Made by a program: the position numbers and the translations under genes. Below the pieces are notes generated by a model. That model made no database searches and was not told the origin of the DNA. It saw nothing but the letters and a program-made list of their open reading frames with translations. DNA of 64,000 bases from Octopus vulgaris (taxonomy: Eukaryota): assembly GCA_951406725.2 (NCBI GenBank), contig OX597820.1, positions 120,094,001-120,158,000 on the forward strand, written 5' to 3'. Below are positions 53,655 through 64,000 of this stretch, in pieces; position 1 is the stretch's first letter, and the number at the start of each line of letters is the position of its first letter.

Positions 53655-54231
53655 CAATTAAGATTCAAGTCAATTCTAATGAATTTACTTGAATGCGGTA
53701 CTTAACTTAGATGTACCAGAAAACTATATGGTGTTAACCATACAGTAATGTGGGGTGATTATAATCGAGAAAGAAGCAACAAGAATGGATTAGTTTTTAG
53801 TACAATTGTTTCATACAAAGACAGGCTTTATTAATGATACCCACCTCATTGTGGATTAACCATGGATAAATTCATCGTCTGTGAGTATGAAATTCCTCCT
53901 CATATCTCTGGAAATTTACATCTACACTACGGATTAATTCACCTTCTCTGTGAAGCTAATAAGCTTTTTTAAAAACCTGTGATAAGACTGTGCATCATCA
54001 TTAAGGAACTTCGGAAATCTGTTTACAACCTAAATCTGCTTTTAATGAAATTATCTCCAATACTTCATGAGTATAGTCTCACCCACTAAGATGTTTGGAG
54101 AACTCATATGTATTTTAGCTGATGAGTACGGGACACTTTTATCTGCTGCAATGTTTGCAACTTTTAATAAAGCCTGTCTTTGTATGAAACAATTGTACTA
54201 AAAACTAATCCATTCTTGTTGCTTCTTTCTC

Positions 54232-54233
<2 letters not shown>
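53655..54233. mobile_element. Penelope-like foldback remnant with arms 53766-53833 / 54164-54232
   Basis: Near-perfect inverted arms; a complete hammerhead overlaps the right arm; related to 8331-8635. Confidence 0.75.
54113..54203 (+). ncRNA. Type I hammerhead ribozyme with intact core
   Basis: UUUUAG-CUGAUGA-GUAC-(52 nt)-GUAU-GAAA-CAAUUG-UA-CUAAAA. Stem I 6 bp, stem II 4 bp with one G-U pair, palindromic stem III, GUA triplet. Confidence 0.78.
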
Positions 54234-54296
<63 letters not shown>

Positions 54297-54792
54297 ATCA
54301 TACCATTTGCGCACTCATACACACAAACACTCACACATATTCATTTGGCCTGTCATGTTCTAGATAAAAAAGTAACGTATTTCTTCATTTGCATGACGGT
54401 ATGCTGTCATTTAAAGATATATAATCGTAGCGATTTCATCAGCACCGATCTTTATATCTGCATAGGTTTTGAAATCATCCATATGCCCTGACCCTCTTCG
54501 CTACTCATCTCAGTTAGCTTATTCTCAATATATTTTACCTGAATATTTAAGAAACGTACTGAAATATGAACAAAGAAATACGAACTCTAGAATTCTCTAT
54601 CACTATTTCTTTAATAAGCCTCATCTACTCTAATCTAATGTTACTTTGCAGCGATAACCACAATCTGTTGCTAAGAGCTGTTCCCGTCAACTCCCTCTTA
54701 ACTAATTCTGTAATTCGGTAATTCTGTAATTCGGTAACTGGTAGAACCGTACAGATTGCAAATTTCTCACCAGTAAGACCGACCATTTTGAA

Positions 54793-55011
54793 TTCTTTAC
54801 TCTTTGTTTCAGTCATTTGACTATGGCCATGCTGGAGCACCACCTTTAGTCGAGCAGATCGACCCCAGGACTTATTTTTGGGATGCCTAGTACTTATTCT
54901 ATCGGTCTCTTTTGCCGAACCGCTAAGTTACAGGGACGTAAAGACACCACCATCGATTGTCAAGTGATGTTGGAGGGACAAACACAGACACACAAACATA
55001 TACACACACTC

Positions 55012-55082
<71 letters not shown>

Positions 55083-55254
55083 TACATACATACGACGGGC
55101 TTCTTTTAGTTTCCGTCTACCAAATCCACACACAAGGCTTTGGTCGGCCCGAGGCTATAGTAGAAGACACTTGCCCAAGGTGCCACGCAGTAGGACTGAA
55201 CCCGGAACCATGTGGTTCGTAAGCAAGCTACTTACCACACAGTCACTCCTACGC
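54793..55254 (-). mobile_element. SINE family B
   Basis: Consensus match with an expanded internal (TA)n. Confidence 0.92.
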
Positions 55255-55911
55255 CCCTAATTCTGTACAAATTATGCTATCCTTATCAATTAGCTTACAA
55301 CATTCTGTATTTGGATTGGATCCGAATGACCCGATGTTCTTTACTCAATTATGTGGGAGCGACTGAACAAGTCTGCGACGCTTTTGCACACCTTACTCCC
55401 TCACTGAGTCTTACATAATTTTTTGCTCACAAGGTGCATGCGTAGAATAAGTTTATTCGCTCAGGCTATTCGTGCTACATTGAACCATTTTTCAACAATT
55501 TTATGGGAGACCATAACTTTTCTTTTCAGATATAAATTGAACCGATGAATTAATCAAATAGGAAAGTGTCCGTTTTCAGCCGTTGAAATCTCATCCAGTA
55601 CACGACTTCTTTCACTATACTTTCAAGGTGGAGGCAAACTCCCTTTTCTTAGTGGTTAGAAAAAACGAAAAGAAGAACAGAACGGTTAAATTTTCTTTAC
55701 AATGAAGTCAGCCGATCGTCTGTTTTGTCCTACACATGACATAAGCTGTTCGATATAACTCTATAATTCTCTCTCTCACTTTCTCTCTCTTTCTCTCTCA
55801 CACACACACACGCTCACACACATGCACACAAACATACGCTTCCAAACACATAAACGAACACATACGCATACATATATACGCATATGTGTGGTACCCATGT
55901 GTTTGTGTTGT

Positions 55912-56315
55912 GGAGTGGCTGTGTGGTAAGTAGCTTGCTAACCAACCACATGGTCCCGGGTTCAGTCCCACTGAGTGGCATCTTGGGCAAGAGTTTTCTG
56001 CTATATCCCCGGGCCGACTAATGCCTTGTGAGTGGATTTGGTAGACGGAAACTGAAAGAAGCTTGTCGTATATATGTATGTATATATATATATATATGTG
56101 TGTGTGTGTTTGTGTATCTGTGTTTGTCCCCCTAGCATTGCTTGACAACCGATGCTGGTGTGTTTACGTCCTCGTAACTTAGCGGTTCGGCAAAAGAGAC
56201 CGATAGAATAAGTACTGGGCTTACAAAGAGTAAGTCCCGGGGTCAATTTGCTCGACTAAAGGCGGTGCTCCAGCATGGCCGCAGTCAAATGACTGAAACA
56301 AGTAAAAAAGAGAGT
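55912..56315 (+). mobile_element. SINE family B
   Basis: Consensus match. Confidence 0.92.
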
Positions 56316-57361
56316 ATGTGTTTGTGTGTGTGAGTTGGCGGTATGAGCTTCTGCAAAATGTAGAATCGGCTTTTAGACTCCCCGGCTAATTTGCGTTCCT
56401 ATATTTGTTAAGGTAGGATACAAGTCTTAATGAAAACACTGTAATTTGCTTCTAGATTGATACACAGCCAATAGCCAAAGAGCAAAAATATGAAATGCAT
56501 TCAAGTGCTGCATAAAAACCTTCGCTTTGTGAAGGTTTTGACTTAAGTTGAGAAATAGAAATTAGGTTATAGACTGAGTAGAAAAGTGAAGTCGGGTTCG
56601 CGACATTTGCTGCCACGAACTGTTTGTGACATTTCCATCAGAGACGGATAAAAAAGAAAACCATCGCGTAAAACTAATCTGTTCTTGCCATGTTTTCTTT
56701 TACGTTGTAAACTTCACATCGTTCTACCATTTATACATTGTAACTCTGTTCTTGACAGTTTTTCTTCTCATTACAAAAGAGCTGCTACACAACAACAAAT
56801 AAATTCTACAGACCAAATTCTAAATGAAGGAACGAAAGAATAAACGATTGAAGGAATGGAATAATCAGCCAACCGGCCAAGCACTCCGATATTAAACTAA
56901 TGCTATAACATATCAAAACGTGAACCAGCGTACCTGCCAATGTAGTGGTCGGCTACGTTAAAAGTATCTGCCACCAGTTTCTATAGAATTGGATTATGAT
57001 TATTTCAAATCTGCCCCTGCCACCTGATAGATTTTAAGATTCTGATCGTATACTGCAAATGACTTGCCATTCTCCATTCATTTAGCACAATCCAACAACA
57101 AAAGTTACCCAGCATTCCAAAGAAATATAATATATCAGCTGCTGAACGTTGGGCTGCGTTTATTTATGGAAATGTCATGGAATTTCAAACATGTTGCAGG
57201 TCTGCCTTTTGTTTAGCTGCTTCCATTTATTGATGCAGAAAGAAAGACAGGAATCTCCCAAACATGCACTTCACAAACACGTCTTCATACGCTCCTCTCC
57301 GTATGTGTTCGTGTATGCATGTATGTATGTATGTATGTATGTATGTATGTATGTATGTATG

Positions 57362-57414
<53 letters not shown>

Positions 57415-57560
57415 ATATAAATATATATTTGTATATGTATATATAAATATATATATATATATATACATGGCTAGATAGATAGATAAATATATGTATATAT
57501 ATGCTTTTATCCCTCTATTTCTTTCGGCCGTGTAGCTTTGGTAATGCTGGAGCACCACCG

Positions 57561-57615
<55 letters not shown>

Positions 57616-57627
57616 ATATCTATCTAC

Positions 57628-59586
<1,959 letters not shown>

Positions 59587-59599
59587 ATGTACATGTTCA

Positions 59600-60001
59600 T
59601 AGGCGCATGAGTGGCTGTGTGGTAAGTAGCTTGTTTACCAACCACATGGTTCCGGGTTCAGTCGGTGGCGCCTTGGGCAAGTGTCTTCTACTATAGCCTC
59701 GGGCCGACCAAAGCCTTGTCAGTGGATTTGGTAGATGGAAACTGAAAGAAGCCCATCGTATATATGTATATATGTATGCGTGTGTGTGTTTGTGTGTCTG
59801 TGTTTGTCCCCCTAGCATTGCTTGATAACCGATGCTGGTATGTTTATGTCTCCCGTTACTTAGCGGTTCGGCAAAAGAGACCGATAGAATAAGTACTGGG
59901 CTTACAAAAGAATAAGTCCCGGGGTCGAGTTGCTCGATTATAGGCGGTGCTCCAGCATGGCCGCAGTCAAATGACTGAAACAAGTAAAAGAGTAATAGAG
60001 T
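59600..60001 (+). mobile_element. SINE family B
   Basis: Consensus match. Confidence 0.92.
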
Positions 60002-60180
60002 ATATGTATTTGTGCGTGTGTGTGTGTGTGTTTAGGTAATTGTGTACTTTAATTGTGGGACAACAATGCTGCCGAGAGTTTCGTGTAAGGAAGAATGCCT
60101 TTACAACTTTCAATCCTGCCACGTAGGAACGCTGTTGCTCGCCTCCATTTTGGATTACAGTCTCATTAACCATAAACATG

Positions 60181-60217
<37 letters not shown>

Positions 60218-61110
60218 GTATATACGTGCGTTTGCGTGTAGTAGAGATGCATTATTTGCATGTCTGCCTCTGCGTTGTGCTGATTTGTGTATTTGTATAC
60301 TAATGCAGTCTATTGAAATACGATTGTTCGTCCATGCATATTTTCTGCTTTTGAATTATTTGGTTGAATGAACGGTTCTCTGTTCAGCTATTTTCAGGTT
60401 AATTGACGTTAGTGTAGATAGGTCAGTGAATAAATTTTAAGCATAAACATACGATGTTGCTTCCACTAAAATTTAATATTCTCAATCTACAATTTTCAAG
60501 GTGAAGTTGAACAATGTTTCAGATATAATTGTACACATTATTCGTCAGTAAAAAACGATTCATATAAAAAAAAACGTATTCATGCTTGCTGATGTCAGTA
60601 TCGATTTACCGACATCGAACGAATGCTTATAGTTACACGGTTTCGTGGTTTCAGAGGATCGGCATTTATTCGGGTTTTAGATGTTTTTCCACGGTATTAT
60701 TTTTTTTTCGGAAGAGAAAAGAAATTTGTGGCAAATTTCATAGTAATTACATTAGTGTTATTACATAGAGGTATCTTCAACTAAAATGATTACCGTTATT
60801 CTCCTTGACCACCTGATTTAGACGCATGTTGTATATTTCTTCGGGTTGGACGGAACACCTCAACAGTTGCAGACAGTGTTGCTAAACAGGGTCAACGAAG
60901 GGTACTCTTTGTCTGACAGGCTCCTGCACAAGTCTTTCTTTTACAAAAAGACAATATACAAGGAATGTGTTCCCACTGTAGGCCAAACAATAAATAATGT
61001 AGTGAATACATAGTTATATGGACCCCGTAGCCATGCTTGGACCTGTAATTTCCCGCTTACCACCTATTCATAAAATGATTTTCGTTTCAATAAAATTTCC
61101 CTGTAAATTT

Positions 61111-61496
61111 AGTAGCTTGTTTAACAATCACATGGTTCTGGGTTCAGTCCCACTGCGTGGCACCTTGGGCAACTGTTTTCTACTTTAGCCTCGGGCCGAC
61201 CAAGGCCTTGTGAGTGGATTTGGTAGACGGAAACTGAAAGAAGCCCGTCGTATATATGTATATATGTATGCGTGTGTGTGTGTGTTTGTGTGTTTGTGTT
61301 TGTCCCCCTAGCATTGCTTGACAACCGATGCTGGTGTGTTTATGTCCCCGTTACTTAGCGGTTCGGCAAAAGAGATTGATAGAATAAGTACTGGGCTTAC
61401 AAACGAATAAGTCCCGGGGTCGAGTTTCTCGATTAAAGGCGGTGCTCCAGCATGGCCGCAGTCAAATGACTGAAACAAATAAAAGAGTAAAAGAGT
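61111..61496 (+). mobile_element. SINE family B, slightly 5' truncated
   Basis: Consensus match. Confidence 0.92.
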
Positions 61497-61764
61497 ATAT
61501 AGTTGGACTGTATTCAGTAATTGAGTAAGCGCTTCATGAGTTCTAAGCTCGGCATGATATACTTTGTATTAAATTTTGTTATAAGAGGATATGAGATAAC
61601 GGTGGAAATCATTACGTAGCTATGACGGCATCGTACAATGGTGGAATAATTGGAGTACAATAAACATGTGCTGGTGTGACGCAATACGAAGCAAAATATG
61701 TGATATATTCACAATTTCTCCTGCCTAAATATACATATGCATACGCATACACACATGCATAATA

Positions 61765-61803
<39 letters not shown>

Positions 61804-62354
61804 TACCATACAACGCTTAGATTCGCAACGCGTTCTTTCTGCTCATAGAAAGCGTTTTAAGGAATGCTTGTAGTTTTAAAATTCCTGTTCCATATCCTCT
61901 TTCTATTTTGTTAATTAATTGCTATCTTTCAGCTGCACGTAATCCATATAAAAATTAATAACGAACCATCATAAACAAAAATGCAGGAAAATCAATGTTC
62001 TACCCCAGTAAAATGCTTATTTCTAAAAGTAGTGTGCAACACTTGAATATTCTCTGATATTATTTGCGGAATATCCTAGTTTTGGACTCGTTGATTGGGT
62101 AGTTCCATGTGTGTTTGAGCAAAGAATTTTATTGGTTCCATCTACTCAGTCTATATGAGCAGAAATGTTGGTGCAGACTGTTCCTCCCACAGGCTTTACA
62201 TTCTCGGTGACCTACTTGACCACGTGCTGATGAGTGCTCCAATTTTGGTAACTGACGTTATGTCACGTGATTTTAATTGGAACCTAGAAATAATAATCAA
62301 AAAGCATCGTACATGGTGCCAGTAACATTTATTTTTGTTCCTTATTCTTGGCTG

Positions 62355-62388
<34 letters not shown>

Positions 62389-62842
62389 GTAAAATTGAAG
62401 GATCAAGTTGTAGGAATAAGTTTGTAAGATCCAAGCAGGTCGTAGGAGGTATATAAAAAGGAAATCTTTCGGGAACAATCATGGTCTATAGATATAGAAG
62501 TTTGTAAATTTTTCCCATATTGAAATGCCATAAAATCCTTTAATCATCTCTTTACAGACTGTTACTTGTTCCTACTTTTAGGCTTATTAACAGTCTGGAA
62601 GACATGGGAATTGAAAAAAGGGAAGCTAAACATGTTGTTAAAGGACATTCCTCTAACCATTGAAACCGAATATAACAGGGGATCCCTTTGCGATAATGCA
62701 AACTTCATTTGATGAAGGTATGTTTGATCCGACGAGTAGCTAACGGATCACCCCTCCTCTGGGTCATGACTACTTCCGAGATTCTGACAGCTAGGAAACG
62801 CATGTACCACGGAAATTATCTGCTCCATTCCTTAATATTTTG

Positions 62843-63172
<330 letters not shown>

Positions 63173-63615
63173 GTATATACGTATGTATATACGTATATAC
63201 GTATGTATATACGTATGTATATACGTATATATATATACGTATGTATATACGTATATATATGTATATACGTATGTATATACGTATATACGTATGTATATAC
63301 GTATGTATGTATATGCACACACATGTATGGGCATAAATATATGACGAATCAGTAATTGCATATCTGGTGACTTGCCCCCGCCAAAATGCTTATATTCTGC
63401 TTCTAACTAATACTCGAAAAAAGAAAAAAGTATTTTGGATATGTGGCAATCTTGGTCCAAATAAACAGGTATGATCAAATTTCAGAGATGACATTTGTGT
63501 TTTCACCATTTTATATATTATACAGCGTAAAATCTCGTCATAGAATCTCGTAGCTATTTCTAACAGCTGGAGTGGTCGCATAGAGTCCCCTGCCTTGGAT
63601 CAGCATTATATTCAT

Positions 63616-64000
63616 ATCTTTTCGGTTTGAACGGCAGTTTTAAACATAATTGCTTGGTAACTAAAAAAATTTAAACTTCGTATACTGGTAGAATGTGTTT
63701 ATAAAACATCTTTTTCTCTTGGCTTTATTGAGAAAATTCTATAGTTTGTAAGATATGTGTTGGGTTTTTTTTCTTCAATTTCTTCAATTTCAACCAATCA
63801 CTAACGTCTATTGAGGTAAAAAAAAACATTCTTTGCCGTATGAATATGTCCCTCGTTTAAGAAACAGATTGGGTTTATTTACATTTGTGAATAAAAAAAG
63901 ATACCCTTCCACCCACCCCTATACCTAACCCTAATCCTTACTAACCCTAACCCTAAAACAGATTGAAATGCAATAGATCGATACTAGGGTCATAATTATG
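63616..64000. mobile_element. Second copy of the CCCTAA-bearing MITE, cut by the window end
   Basis: High similarity to 25311-25672. Confidence 0.9.

Noticed and set aside
62385-62840. TA-flanked segment with ttgatgaagg, a tgatccg/cggatca hairpin and gaaacgcatgta
   Set aside because: The pieces could not be assembled into a consistent hammerhead because stems I and II do not pair.

Overview
AT-rich eukaryotic intronic or intergenic DNA with no recognisable intact host gene. The SINE repertoire and very high (TA)n/(TATC)n/(AAT)n density suggest a coleoid cephalopod, probably Octopus; this is inferred, not verified. Almost all listed ORFs are microsatellite artefacts. The window holds about 30 tRNA-derived SINE copies or fragments of four families, two decayed mariner elements, a decayed Chapaev3 (CMC) transposase, five non-autonomous Helitron-like elements, TIR MITEs and a CR1/L2-group LINE remnant. 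It also holds a 3.6-kb stack of co-oriented R4/Dong-type retrotransposon fragments in (TAA)n arrays. The most interesting signal is a set of short non-coding foldback or tandem elements in (TA)n tracts that carry type I hammerhead ribozyme folds. Two have intact cores (7597-7677 minus, 54113-54203 plus), several are decayed, and a four-copy family has a variant core. They are consistent with Penelope-like pseudo-LTR or retrozyme-like elements. All calls were made by eye without database searches, and most boundaries are approximate to about 10 bp.
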